A DNA stretch of 54,832 nucleotides, counting the filler, from Streblomastix strix (Eukaryota): the NCBI GenBank assembly GCA_008636045.1. It is 3 parts of 3 records of this genome, joined end to end, with 100 filler letters (N's around TTAATTAATTAA, not from the genome) between each part and the next. Parts side by side here need not be neighbours in the genome. Positions count along the whole stretch, not along the records: positions 1 to 18,221 come from SNRW01000628.1; 2 more parts are not named here. One strand, written 5' to 3'. Positions 1 through 14,600 of the stretch are shown here, in pieces (positions within the stretch are counted from its first letter, which is position 1; the number at the start of each line of letters is the position of its first letter). Under the pieces are notes generated by a model. That model worked only from the letters and a program-made list of their open reading frames with translations, was not told the origin of the DNA and made no database searches. The translations under genes were made by a program, and so were the position numbers.

Positions 1-480
1 TGTCCGTCGAGCTTGACTACATTTCAGAAAAAACGATCAGGCCCTTAAGCGCCTTTATGTCCAAATAAACAGGGAAGCTCGCATTAGCGAAAGGATTGTG
101 ACATAATCCGACCGCAGGGAGGGTTATAAAAAGAATCTATAGATTTTTTTTTATTCACAAAAAAAGATTGTTTTGGGACTAAAAGATCATAAGGTGTTTA
201 CTATTAAAATATCAATTATGAAGAATTAAATAACAATAAGAAAAAAATATTAATGATCATTTTCCCGAAAAATTAATTTAAAAAAATTATGAAGAATTAA
301 TGATTTGAATAAATAGATATGTAAAAAAGTATAATATTTTGAAAAAATGATAGAATATAATTATTATATTCTGTTGAATTAATAAAATTTCAAAAATTTC
401 AAATATGATTCATATATAAATAAGTTTGAAAAAAATAAATATGAATAAAAAATAATAACTCAATCAACATAATTTAATTT

Positions 481-1421
481 TCATGTTATATCCTAGTTAG
501 ATTCAGCATTTTCATTTTATTATTAATATGGTTAATTATCAACAGGAATTTTATTCAAATCAAGATAATTGGAGTTGATAGAAGAATTATTTTTTATTTA
601 AGGAGAAATTGTTCTGATTTGTTTAATTGGATGAATTTGAGATTATTATTATGATTATTAGATTGGTGATACAGAAAATGGAAAATGTGGCGAATTTGAA
701 GATTTAATAATTTTTCTTTTGTGAATTTGAGTATTTTAATTTTAATGAATATTTTATGATGGTAGTAATGATTATTAAATCTATTTCTTCGTTGATATAT
801 TGTCATTTTTTCCATTTTCAATCTAAATATCTTCAATTTATTAATTTATTTATATCTTATTATTAACAGAATCAATATAAGAAGACAATTATGGACTTAA
901 TGAAGAAGAAGGAGAAGAAGATGAAGATAATTATGAATATGTTTATGAATTGTTATTATTTATATCTAAATTATATTATTCAGGTGATTATAATAAAGAA
1001 TTATGTATTGTATTGTTATCAATGATCATTTTATCTGTATGATGAGTTTTCCTGACAACTTTCATTTTCTTTGCTTTTTTTCCTGGGTGAATATTTGTTT
1101 ATTGGAGAATTAGATTGATTTTATGAACTATTATCAAATAATGATTCTTTATTATACTCTTTATTGGAATTTGTATATGAAGCTTCCTTTTAATTATCAT
1201 TGGTTTAATAAACTTTAATCCTTTCTATATTCTACTTGATTAATTTTATTTAGTTTTTTTATTATTCTTAATCTTATTATTAATGTTAATGTTATTCTTA
1301 TTATTTCAATTATTATTATGTTTATGTTACTGCTTCTAAATTACCATTCTATTACATTTATTATTATTAATATTATTAATATTATTAATATTATTAATAT
1401 TATTAATATTATTAATATTAT

Positions 1422-1452
<31 letters not shown>

Positions 1453-1460
1453 ATTATTAA

Positions 1461-1554
<94 letters not shown>

Positions 1555-4325
1555 GATTTTATTCTTATTCTTTCGCTTTATCTAATTCATATTATATTTT
1601 CTAATTTATCTTATTCTATTATCTTTTTGATTTCTACATACTTTATTCTCCAAGAAAATTGATCATTTATATAAATTTGGTTTTCTAGTCTTATAAATAT
1701 TTCTCTTCAATTTATTCCTAGTGTTAAATCCACTCCATTACATCACTTTATCCTTCATTATTCATTTATTCATCATCTTAACTATTAAATATATTTCCAT
1801 CTACATTATCCTATATATTATTATCCATCTTAATTTAATCTCCATATATTTTATCATGTTATTCATTTTTCAGTCTTTTTTCATTCAATATTTCATCATC
1901 AATCAATTATGGGTGTTATTGCTATTATATTTATCTATATGTAACAATTGGAGTATTACTTCTCTCAATAGATTCAGAAGGAATAACTGAAAGTTAAGAT
2001 GATATATGTCTATTTACAATTAGTCCATGATATTGAGCATTCTCATCATAATCACTAAAATCATATATAGAATTTTTATCTGAATTTTAATTGTTTGATT
2101 ATAATTATAATTATATGTTTTTATTAATATTATTATTTAATTATACGTTCATTGTTTATTCATCTTTTTATTAATCATGATCTTAAGTTTCTAATTGATA
2201 TTGAGTTTATAATAAAGGAATTGAAGAATGTGACATTTAATGAAGGTTTGATTATGAATTGTTTAATAATTGTTATTGTTATTATTAATTGAAATATTGC
2301 TGTTATTATTGAATTAATGGTGATTAAATTTGTTATTAAGAAGGAGATTATATTTATTAATTTGTGGATATTTGTATTAAAGGAGTATTTTATGATGATT
2401 GAAAGGAATGATTCAGTTATATAAGTTAAATTGGAGGAGAATAAATTGGAGAAATTTAATGTTATAACTATTTTAATTAAAATTAATCTTTTTGTTATTA
2501 TTAATTATTATATTATTATGTTGAGTTTTTTAATTGCATCAGATTAAATTGAGTCTGAAGAAGAAGATTCCCTTCATTTGTAAGAGATAATGAGTTTTAT
2601 TAAATTGGAGACATATTTAATCTGTTATTAAATCCAAAATTCAATCCTTAATTGTTATGACGTATTATTTTATTTGAAGATGCTCTTCTTCGCTGGATAA
2701 TTTTTCCTTATTAAATAAATATTGGTTTTTGATTTGATGGTTTCTATTATTAATTAAAAGTATTAATAGAGTAAGAAGCAGAAGATTTGGAATTAGGTGT
2801 TTCAATTGGTAATTTATTTAGTTATTGATTTTAGATTTATTCAATTGAAGAATTAATCTATATTTTATTAACCTGATTTTATAATAATGAAAACTTATTA
2901 TATTATTCTTTAATTAATCCAGGATTAATATTGAGTAGGTTAAATGTAGATAATTAATGATTAAATTATAATTATGATCCTTAATTGTATTATTCATATA
3001 ATTGTTTACTTTTTTATTCAATTTCATTTTCCCATTCAAATGGTTGACTCAAATCAATATTATTAATAGTTGCAATTCTGAATATAACTTATAATAATGA
3101 AATGTAGTTTGGTATTTATTTTGGAATGTAATTATCAATTGCACTATATAGCAATATGAATTCTGGAGGAATTCTTAACTATTCTTTCTAAAATATTTGT
3201 ATGATTTGTTTTGAAATAAATGAAAAATTAATAAATAAAATATAATTAAAATTATATAAAAGAAATAAAATACAATTAAAATTATATATAATTAATAATA
3301 TATAAAAGGAAATTAACGAATTTAATATTAATATCAATTGAATATAACAAACCTAACTAAAATATTCAGTCTCATAATCTTATCTTGGATAATATTTCAT
3401 TATTATCTGCATTATGTCCATCAGATCATCTTCTGGAGTTTATTCTTTTTGATTCTAATGATTGGTTCTAATTTATTAATCTTCAGAATCTTGAGATGAA
3501 TTCATTGAAGAATCAAAGATATTATTATTATTATTATTTCGTTAATATAAACTGCCACGGGATATGTTTTAGAAGTTGAATGGTTAACAAGAATTAAAAT
3601 CCACTAAGTACAAATTGCCAGCTGTTTATTTTGAATGCCCAATAACAAAGTTATCCTATCAAAATAACCATAATATTACTAATGTATTCAAAAATAAGTT
3701 GCATACATCATTTATGGAGCAATGAATAAAACCTGCTTGATGAAATGCTTGAATTGCTTCAATCGCTTAATATGCGAATTTCAGAAGTGAATGTATTGAT
3801 AATGTGCAAGGTTGTCGACGAAGAGCAAGGTTTCTGATATTAATATTAAATAAATGAAATATTTAAAAATTAAAAATTGTTCTAACCTTAAACTAGGCCC
3901 AAGTTTTTCAGCAACAATAAAGTTATAATGAAAATGTGATCCAAACTCGATAATTTTGGCGAAGTGCGTAGTATCTAAGTATAATTTATTTAATTTATAT
4001 GTAATACGAACAATAAACTCACACTTTTAATTGACTACATCACTATAGCTTTTGTTGTGAGTGCCATGTTGCTGGGTTCATCTTTTTCAATCTTTACAGC
4101 AACAGATGCCGCCCATGGATTGTCTTTCAACCTTGCAGAAAAGATGATACAGTTGATATATACTGAAAGAATACTTTCAGTTATAAATTTATTGCCGATG
4201 AGCTTGCCCATGGTCAAATTTCGGATTTCAGCTAAATTTATTGGTGAGAAGCTTAAAAATAATTATTATTATTGAAATAATAAATACATAAAATTTTATT
4301 AAAAAAACCATATTATAAACCTCAT
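481..4325 (-). CDS. Casein kinase 1/TTBK-like pseudokinase with a long Gln/Asn/Ser-rich C-terminal tail (multi-exon)
   Basis: With TAR=Gln and GT-AG introns (e.g. 4252-4320, 3656-3706) it reads MSFSPINLAEIRNLTMGKLIGNKF...SVAVKIEK...HFAKIIEFGSHFHYNFIVAEKLGPSL...QAIEAIQAFHQAGFIHCSINDDNFVIG...LYLVDFN. LGPSL and DNFxIG are CK1-family hallmarks. The tail meets a TGA at 1019-1021 in one frame while a second frame continues to TGA 481-483, so the 3' end is uncertain. Confidence 0.75.
1358..1555. repeat. (ATT)n and (TATTATTAA)n microsatellite, read on the minus strand as poly-Gln (TAA) and (QQY)n
   Basis: Directly visible trinucleotide and 9-bp tandem repeat within the kinase tail. Confidence 0.9.
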
Positions 4326-4583
4326 TTATTTCAAGAAAGCTATGAAATCGACGAATTACTAAAGCGCAAAAATATTTCATGAACCAGAAATAAATTGTGA
4401 ATTAAATATTTATTATTGAAATTAAACATTTGTTATTAATCTTTTCCATACTACTCCGAACTAATTTTTCTAAAATAAATATTTTTTTCGAAAACCAAAA
4501 GAATTCTGGTGTTTGGAATTCACATAAAAAACATAAAATTTATCATTTTATGAAGAAACAAATGTATATATTGAGAAATTTAA

Positions 4584-4874
4584 ATGTATGATGCAGAGTA
4601 ATAGAGAAAAAGGTTCACATATGCTGAATATGATGATCTGATAAAAGAAATTGGATCTCAATGTTCACCAGAAGATCCAAAGAAGAAGAAATTAGCATCA
4701 GCAGAAAGTAATGAAGTTGATTCTAAAGGAAAGAAGAAGAAGAAGAATAAGAATGGTGATGAAGATGATGATGAATATGTACTTAAAATCCCAATGTCTA
4801 GATTCAAGGACTATAAGCCTAAATATGTGATTGAACCACCTCCTGTTATTATTATGAGGAAGAAGAACAGATGA
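4584..4874 (+). CDS. Small Lys/Asp-rich hypothetical protein (~96 aa), possibly the last exon of a longer gene
   Basis: With TAR=Gln: MYDAEQQRKRFTYAEYDDLIKEIGSQCSPEDPKKKKLASAES...YVIEPPPVIIMRKKNR*; composition is coding-like between AT-rich flanks. Confidence 0.5.
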
Positions 4875-5268
4875 ATCCATTTTGAATTCACCTCATTATA
4901 TGTTTAATAAAAGTGTTATTTCATTCAATTTAATATATAAACTAAATATTCAAATAAATATCGTTTATTTTCTTTTTATTTAAATGTTTCTTTCATTCAC
5001 TCACTCAAAGAACCTTTACAATCACAAACAAGTTAGTCATTCAGACTTACTATTAAAAATAAAATGAATAAAAAGCGACTCGAAATAAATAAAGTTGAAT
5101 AAACAAAGAGAGAAGGAATAGAAAGATTGAAATGTGAGAAATTGAGTATTGAATTAAAAAAAAGAAAATTAATGTTAATAAAATAATTGATATTGAAAAG
5201 AGGAAATATTCACTTATTTCTCTTCATGCTTAGCAAAATAGTTTCTATTTTTTTCGAGTTAAATGAAT

Positions 5269-7999
5269 TCATTTATTTTCTAATGATGAAACAACTTCAG
5301 GAATTTCAAGGATTTCTTTTGATGTGATCCTTTTCGATGGATCCTGATATATAAATTGAGTAAAAAAATGTGATATTTTTTTACTTATTTTTAAATTAAA
5401 TATTAATGAATATAAATTTTATATATTATATATTCATTATAATTACATATTAACCTTAGTAAGCATTAGTTTAACCAGATTTTTCATTGATTCTGGATAG
5501 ATGCTTGGAATTTCTGAAGGTGGCAAGTTAATAACACGTTTGATGAACTCAACTGCTGAAACATTACCTTCAGTCTACATAAATACAATTATAATAATTT
5601 GAGTAAATAAAACTATTTAAGAAATAATATAAATATTTATATTTATAATATAATAGAATGAAATCAGTAATTGTGAAGTGAAAGAGTCAATGTCATCAAT
5701 ATAATATTAATATATTATATATCAGCTGAACTAATTTTGAGATTCATCATATTTTCATTCTATTATATTATTCAAATATATTTAAATATATAATTTAAGA
5801 CCTTTTAATCGAAAAATGGATGTTTTTATGCGAGGAGCTCATAAATTATCACTCCAAAAGCCCAAACATCAACTGCAATTGTTGATATTAACCTTTATGA
5901 ATAAAATATAATTATATAACAATTAATTTTATTTTAATTATATAATAATTAATTTTATTTCAATTATATAATAATAATAATTATTAATTAATAATATTAA
6001 TATTAACTTCTGGTGTGTTTCATTATCTTTCTCTTATTCATTTGCACTTTCATGCTAAGAATTGCTATTAAGAATCTCAGGTCCCTGATATAGACTAAAT
6101 TAATATTAGTATTATATATAGATATCATAAAATAAATATATAAAATTAAACACTCATTTTCTTTTTCATTCACATTTATATAAACATTAACACACAAGCT
6201 ACCCCCATGATTAGTTGTGTAATCTCGACCAACTTGGAGTTGTCTGGTTAATCCAAAGTCTGCAAGTTTCACTTTGAACCCTTCAGATAGCAGCACATTC
6301 TCCGGTTTGAGATCTAATAGTATCATATTATATAATAAAAACAATATTTGTATATTTTTGTATATAATTTAATTATTCTATGAAAACCTGAGTGAATTAT
6401 GCCATTCATATGAAGCAGACTAAGACTTTAGGCAATCTATCCTACAAACTCCCAAGCTTTCTGAGTAAATTAATAATATACATTTAAATAAATAAGAAAA
6501 TAACTTAATAATATACATTTAAATAAACAAATAATAAAATACATTTGGACTGATTAACATTCCAGACTCCTTCATATTCTCAATAAACTTTCTAAGATCG
6601 CCCTTTTGGCAATATTCTAAAGCAATATATCCTTTAATACCATCTTCATTCACAAAGAATCCAAGTGGTTGTACAATGTGGATGAATGTAGATGGTTTTT
6701 ACGATTTCTTAACGATTCCAAAGATATTCTTCATCATTGCTATTTCTTGTGCAACCTATTCTTTTTCTTGCTGTGTATAATAATCCATTTCTTTCACTGC
6801 TATTTATAGTTATATATTTCTATCTTTCATAAGCCAAACTGTTCCAAATGAGCCTTTGCCAAGTCTTCCAACTAAGTCAACTTTAATAAATATAATAAAA
6901 ACATTTCATATAAAGATAATAATTTTATAAAAATTAATTAATTCATCAAACAATCTGATTTCTTCCATGTAGTTTTGAATGGCACATCCTAAGATTATGA
7001 TGTTATTAATGAAGGTAATGTTGATAATGTTACTGATGATTATTATTTGATAGAAGAACCAAATAATTGACTTTTTCTTTCTTATTTTTCTCGTTTTATT
7101 AGTTCTTCTTATTCTTTTTTAATTTTTAACTATTCTTCTTTTTTAATTCTATCCTCCTCCTTCTTTTTCAATTCTTCTTCTTTTCTTCTTTATTTTTCTT
7201 CTTCTTCTTTTTTCTTTTATTCTTCTTTTAATTTTCTTTTTTATTCTTTTATTTCTGCTTCTTCTTATCTTTTTCTTTCCTTTTCTAAATCCTTTGATTC
7301 TTTGTCTGCATATCTCTTCAATCTCCATGATTCTAAAATCCCAAATGATTCATCAGCATCACCTCCTTTTGTGAGTGAAGCCCTGACAGCAATCTCAAAT
7401 ACAAGTGTAATATTCTTATATAAACGAAGAGAGCATTCAACATATTTAGCTAACTTCAACCTCTTAACAACATCCAATGCTTCACCACGATAAACAAGTG
7501 TAACATCATCTGGTGGATCTTCTCTTAATTCCATTTATAGACCTACCAGAACTATTGGTGCTGTTGGTGCATATTTCTTAATATCTGGATAATACTATAT
7601 AATAAATATCTTTTATAATTATGAAGAATTGTTTAATATATAATACAGTTTTTTCGACTTCCCTAAGTTAGCAAGGTTCTACAATAGAAAAAAGTATCAG
7701 AAATACATCTGCATCAGGAAAGCTGAGAGCTCTAAGTCTATCATATTATTCACAAACTTTGATGAAAAAATAATTAATAATAAATAATAAGTATATATTG
7801 ATATTTTAATACAATTAAAATCCTCAAGAAAAAGTTAGTAGTTAATTCCATCCACATATTGAAGTGATTCATAATTGTCGAAAATAGTGGCAGTATAATT
7901 CTCACAGTATTTATTTTGTGTATATGAGCGTAATAACTATGTTCTCTATTCATGAGTTCCTCCAACAACAATTATTTTGATTTCTTTTGTTCCACTCAT
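5269..7999 (-). CDS. Fusion protein: degenerate Rho/Rac-like GTPase domain, charged coiled coil, NEK-like Ser/Thr kinase (multi-exon)
   Basis: N-term MSGTKEIKIIVVGG...YTATIFDNY...YDRLRALSFPDADVFLILFSI...PTAPIVLVG...KYVECS (Rho family). A continuous E/K/Q-rich helix follows, then LGKGSFGTV, IAVKEM, IALEYCQKGDL, IIHSDLKPENVLL, KLADFGL, GPE, DVWAFGV, DPSKRITSKEIL; TGA at 5269-5271. The GTPase-to-linker frame is continuous through TAA/TAG codons. Confidence 0.88.
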
Positions 8000-8654
8000 A
8001 ACTATGAATTTAAAAAAAAAAAAAAAAAAAAATAAATAAATAAATAAATAAAATAAAATAAAAATAATAATTAAAGAGCTATATCATGTTTTACTGTTTT
8101 AGGAATTTTAATAAAATTACTGATTAAATCTTATTACGGTTTGCTTATTTATACTGATAGTATTTGTTTATATTGATCTTATTGTTATGTAATAAATATT
8201 ACAATAATGAAGAATTGCTGTATAATAATATGATAAAATTTAAATAATAAAGTAACTGTTTACAATATTAAAAGAATAACATCAGAACATCCTTCAAAAA
8301 TGAATAATGCATAAGTTTTTAAGTTAATTATTTTTAATGCATTTTCACTAATTTAATCAACTATTTCGAAATTTAAAAATATGAGAAGATTTATATATGT
8401 TGTTAAAATATGAATATATATGATTGAACAGCTTTATACATGTAATAAAAGCAAGTTCAAATTTATTTTTCATTCTCGTCTTATGAATATACAATTAGGC
8501 ATATGTTGTTATTAAAATAATATATATGATGATTATAAAAAATAATAAGCTATTTTAAATAAATTTATATTAACAGGCGAGGAAATTGAGTTCCAAATTA
8601 AAAAATTATTAATTTTCAATCACAGATTATCCTTATAATTTTACATTGTTCTCA

Positions 8655-11600
8655 ATGAAAAAATAAAACAAATATGATGATGAAAGTGATGAATATATTG
8701 ATGTTTTTGCAGCTGTGCAAGTAGAGGACAGCGAAAATTTGACTTTTCGAGCTCAGCAAGAAGCAAATTCTAGTGCAATCGAAATCACACTGAAGTCATT
8801 GTCTGATACTATTCTCACCCCAATTATTGATGGTTTATATTCTGTTTAAATACTAATGTTTCAGTTTTATTTTTTTTTTAAATTTCATTTACTGTTTTCT
8901 TTTTCTCTAGAAAGTAAATTTACTACAGGATCATAATTTTCAGCATTAAATGATGCATTCAAAGGGCATTAAAATTTATTAGAAAATGATAAATAATTTC
9001 TATCCATTTTAGGAAGCAGATCGAAAGAATCATCTATTTTTTAACAATCACTAAAGAATAATTCAAACTAATAATAATTATAAACATAGTAAAAGAGTGA
9101 AAACTTGTTTGGAATGCTTGATGAATTACTCAAAGATACAGAGGCTGGTTAACAAGAGAAGAAAAACAAAGATAAAACACTTAATAATAAAAATACATTA
9201 ACTCCAGAATTATAAGATGATATTGATGATCAAAACTTATAAATCAAAAATTTAAATACTTATGCAAACAATTAAGAAATAATTAATAATAAAAATAATT
9301 AATAACCCATTAAATAACATGATATTTTCTCGATTGATGATTATTATTTTAGTAAGTTTCAAAACAAAGACAAATTGAACATAAATTCAATTGAAAATCA
9401 ACTCTTTAATTTCTCTTAGAATTATCAATATAATAATTCTTAATAATATTTAAGCAATTTAGATGAAAAATAACCAATTCAAACATAAAACAATAATAAA
9501 CTGAATGAAAAAGAATAAACCAAATAATCAGAAAACAAATCAAATTCAGAATCAAACAATTTTTCTCTTCTTCTTTTATCTGAAGAACTCCGCCTAATGA
9601 AAGAAAGAATAAGTAATAACATAACAGAATCATTCAATGAGACAGAAGATCAGTAAAATGAATCATTAATCAATAATAATAATAAGAATCAATAAATGAA
9701 TAAAGAATAAGAAGAAAGAATCAAAATGTTGTAATAGGATTATGAATGTAAAAGATATGATAGAATGAGATAGTTTGTAACAATAGAAAGAGCTCTTATT
9801 ATTCAGATTAAAACACATCTGAAGTAATTTTGTGAAGAAATGAATGAATTAGAAGTTGGAATTGAGATTGAAAATGAAGATTAATAATAATAATAAAATT
9901 AAAATAAAATGAATGATAAATATAATGAAAACAAAGTATAAGATAAATAAATAATTAAAAGAATAAGAAAGAAATTAGTTTTATAGAAGAAAAATAAGAA
10001 TGGAAAACATATTAATTCTTTTTCTTAATCATTTTCACTTCATCAAATCCAATAATAATAAACCAATAATAATTATATAAATTATGTTTCATAATCATCA
10101 TATTCAACATCATTTATTCCAAAATTCAGATCCTTCTCCCCATTATAAATAAAGAAATATAATGAATAAGGATTTAGATAGTATATATCATAAAGAAAAG
10201 AGTTTGAATAATAAACCGTAAAATAAACAAATAAAGCAAATTAATATTTAGCTTATGATAAAATTGTATCCAAATTATTATATAATATTCCTCTATAAAT
10301 TTCTTAGTAATATAAATCACAATTACAATCAATGTAATAATAAGCATAAATATAATTAAATTAAATTATAGATTAATATGAAGGAAATAATATTATTCCT
10401 AATTTATATAATATTGCAACAATGAATAACTGTGAAGATTAAAATGATAATAAATAATAAATTAATAAATAGAAATAAAATATATCAAATAATAAAACAT
10501 CACTTCAATCAAAATTATCAAATCAATCACAACAATAAACTCATACAGAAACATAATTATTAGGAATTAAACTTCCAATATATTTCATTTCATTTAATGA
10601 AAACACTTCTTAATCAAATTAATAATCATAGTTTTAGTAATTATTAATAACACTAAGATAGAAAAGAGATTAAATAATAAATGAATTCAAATAGAAAGGA
10701 ATTATTAATATTTAAACTTAACCATAATAATAAATCATTTCAACTGTTAATATAAACAATTATATTCATACATTAATTTATTCATTTTTATAACAATTGC
10801 TATAAAAAAGAAATGAAAAACTATCATTAATAGACAATAAGAAAAATAAACCAAAGAAACAATTAAATTAACAACAATAAGATAAAGAGCTATAAAAGCT
10901 ATAAGATTAAATATAACATTAATTGATATAACAATAACAATAGATTTATTATGATAATAAACAATAAACATCTCAAGCAAGTGATTAATATAGGAAAGAA
11001 TTAAATAAATATTAAAATATAAATAAAATATAAATAAACAATTAAAATATGAATATTGGTGAAAATATTGATGTGAACTATAGATAGAAATTAAAGCAAA
11101 ATAGAATGAATACAAATCCAAGATCTAAATTCATATAATTTATTGGAAAATCAAGTGAATATTCATCTGATAATGAACAAGGTATAGAAAATGAATGGAA
11201 AACATTATTTATTATTAAGTAAGAAACAATTGGATTAAATTTGGATAAGAAATAAATATAATAAAAATCTAATAAAACACAATAAAACAAAATTTCAGCT
11301 AATTCCATGTCATATATTATCAATTCATCTACTTAATATACATTCAATACACTTCACCTACTTCTTCATACATTCAATTTCATTAAATATAAATTAAATA
11401 ATAAATAAATGTAATATTAAACATTATACCGATCTTCATCTTCTTAAAGTCTTAATAAATAAAATAATCAATTATAATAATAATAATTAATTAATAAACC
11501 AAATAGAAGCATTTATATTAAAACCCAGAAACCTTTTTATTGTATAAATAAGAAATTGTTGCTATCAGCACCATTACAGATATACAATATAAGTAATACA

Positions 11601-14600
11601 TAACAATAATAAAATACATCATAATAATAATCTCAATAATAATAACAGTAATAATATATTTCACCTTCATCAATACTTACACTTCATCTTTCTTAGAACG
11701 AAATGACTTCATTGCAGAATATAATACCACCTTAAATAAGTAATATGATTAATAATAGTCAAATATAATAATAATAATAATAATAATAATCTTCATCTTC
11801 ATCAAATTAATAATAATTTGCATTAACTTCTCTTTTCTTACTTGATATATCAGGAAATAAATTAAATAATCTTTCATTACCACCCATTTCATAATTACAA
11901 TAATAATCTTAATAATAATAATAATCTTATTCATCTTCAATTAGAACACTATTTCCTCGTCTTGAGTAACTTAAATGTGTTTCTAATTAATTGACAAACT
12001 TTGATTAATTTCTTTCGTTTCCATATTAACAATAAATATAATAATCTTCTTCATCATAATCCTAATCTATATTTACATTTCCAAATCTACTTCTTCTTGA
12101 TGCAAGCGTGAATAAGATCAATACACTTGCTATATTCATTAATTCTCACCTATAACAATAACAATAACCTTCCAATCAACAATCACAATAATAAATAACT
12201 AATTATCTGATGTTTTCTCCATAATAACTATTTCCAAACTTGCTTTCTCTTTCATTATATAGAAATATGATACATAATGGGAGTGCTCCTTCTGCTTTAA
12301 TATAATAATCATCATAATCATAATCATATTCATAGATATAATAATAATAATAATCTTAATCTTCATTATTTTCAGTTCTTCCTTCTTCACTTATATACTT
12401 AGATATCGGGAGGAATAAAATAAATGGTAATCTACCATTGAATAATATATCTAATAATTTATAGTCATTGCATACACTCACATTGTATTATAATGAAATA
12501 AAGGAAATTGGTGAATAAAAAGACTGGAAAGAAATACAAATAAAAAATGAGAAGGAAAAAATCAAAGAAAATAATAAGGAAAAAATGAAAGAAAAAGAGA
12601 AAGAACAAATAAAAGATAAAAAGAATAGAAAAAATATATTAATTACGACATCATTAAATTCATGGACTGTATCAAACTCCGTTTAATAATAAATTAAATA
12701 TGAAATTGTTAAGATTGTTTATTTATTGAAGAAAATGAAGAGAAATAAAAGTGAAAAAGAAAATAAATAAAATAAATAAGCAAATATTTAACAATAGAAA
12801 AACAAATAATAATAAATGCCTATTAAATAAGATAATAATAATATTATTATTAATGTTAATATGGATGAATATGTAGATTCATTATGTCTCATTTCACTAT
12901 CAGAGCTAAGATTGAATGAAAACAGCATATAAATAGGAAGTAAATAGAACAAACAATAATAAAACAAGAAATAAATGCAAATAACATAACAATCATTATC
13001 TTCTTTATTATTTAATCCTTAATAATAATAATAATAATAATAATCAATATAATAATCTAATCCTTCTCCATTCTTCCAATTATTCCTTCCTTCTTTATTC
13101 AGTCTCAATTTATCAGATAACAGAATACAATAATTCACTTATTCATTATTTGCATCTTTCTATTCAATATAATAATTGAATGCATCTTTTAATGAGATTA
13201 ATGAAGGAAGAAGTTATTTGGATGAATATATTGAAGAAAATGTAGAAGAATAGTTAATTGAATATGAAAAGAAGAATGTGAATGAAAATTGTGAATAAAA
13301 CACAAATAATTAAGAATTTGAAAGTGAAATATAATTATATAATATATTCAATTCATTCAGAATGCGACATTCAATTCATTCAATTGAATTCATTAAAGCT
13401 TCAATTGAATAAAGAAAAAGAATAAATAAAGAAAATAGAAAAAGAAATAAAATAAATTCAAATAGAAAACATTCTTCTTCTTCATCTTCATCTAATTCAA
13501 ATATAAATATAAATACAAATATAAATTCAAATTCAAATACAAATATTAATTAACTTTCTCTTCCACATCCACATATTCGCATTCCATGGTTTGCATCATT
13601 GATTCCACTTACATCAATATCAGATACATTACAATCAATATAATTGAATGATAATCAAATACAAACTAAATACATTAATTATTCAATTATATTATTAGCA
13701 TTATGCAATAATCTGAAAGTTATTGATAATGAAGAAGTTAATTCAAAGATTGAAATAAAATAATGTAAATTAGGAATGATAATAAAAAAAGAACCATATA
13801 AAGAGAATAAAATATAGAATTCAACGAATAATATTAATAATACTATTGATTTAGATAATGAATTAAACCCAAATATTATAATTATTCCTCCTTAACTAAC
13901 TATTAAATCATCAAATACATCTTCATCATAAACATCATAATAATAATAATAATAATCTTCAATCAATGCAACTGCATCACTCAAATTAATTCTCTCATTA
14001 TGTAGATCTCCATCATCTATATATTATATACTTGATAATATACTCTATTATAATTCATACTCATCTTATTCTTCTATTTCTACTCTTATTCCATAATCCA
14101 TATTATATAATTATATTGAATATGCACTGAATATTAATATGATATTGAATTATAATAAATATTATAAGAATATGAATAATAAAGAAAATGAATAATAATA
14201 ATAATAATAATAAATTTAATAATAAAAAGATAAAAATAAAGATAAATAAAAAATAAAGAAAGAATTCAGACCTCAAAGTGCTTCAAAATAATAATAATAA
14301 ATAATTGCATCTAACTAATAAACTTAATCTCTTTATTTATCTAAATTATCATTCTGTTCACCATTAATACATTAATATCCAGTTCATATTCAATTCATTG
14401 ATAATAATAATAAGTATTCGTTCTATCTTTCACCAAATATAAACACATTTCCATTCTTTATATCCAATATATTATTATCTTCATTCTCTTAATCATCTTC
14501 TTAATCTTCATAGATTAATTCATTTATATTATAATAATAATCAAATAAACATCCACTTTCAACAATTGATTAATAATAATTTGGAATTATAAATAATAAT

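Noticed and set aside
1..130. GC-richer stretch at the window start
   Set aside because: Too short to identify; may be the end of a gene or transposon outside the window.
1318..1662. Poly-Ile ORF and the many short Ile/Leu/Tyr-rich ORFs in the supplied track
   Set aside because: Antisense or off-frame shadows of Q/N-rich genes, produced by using the standard code.
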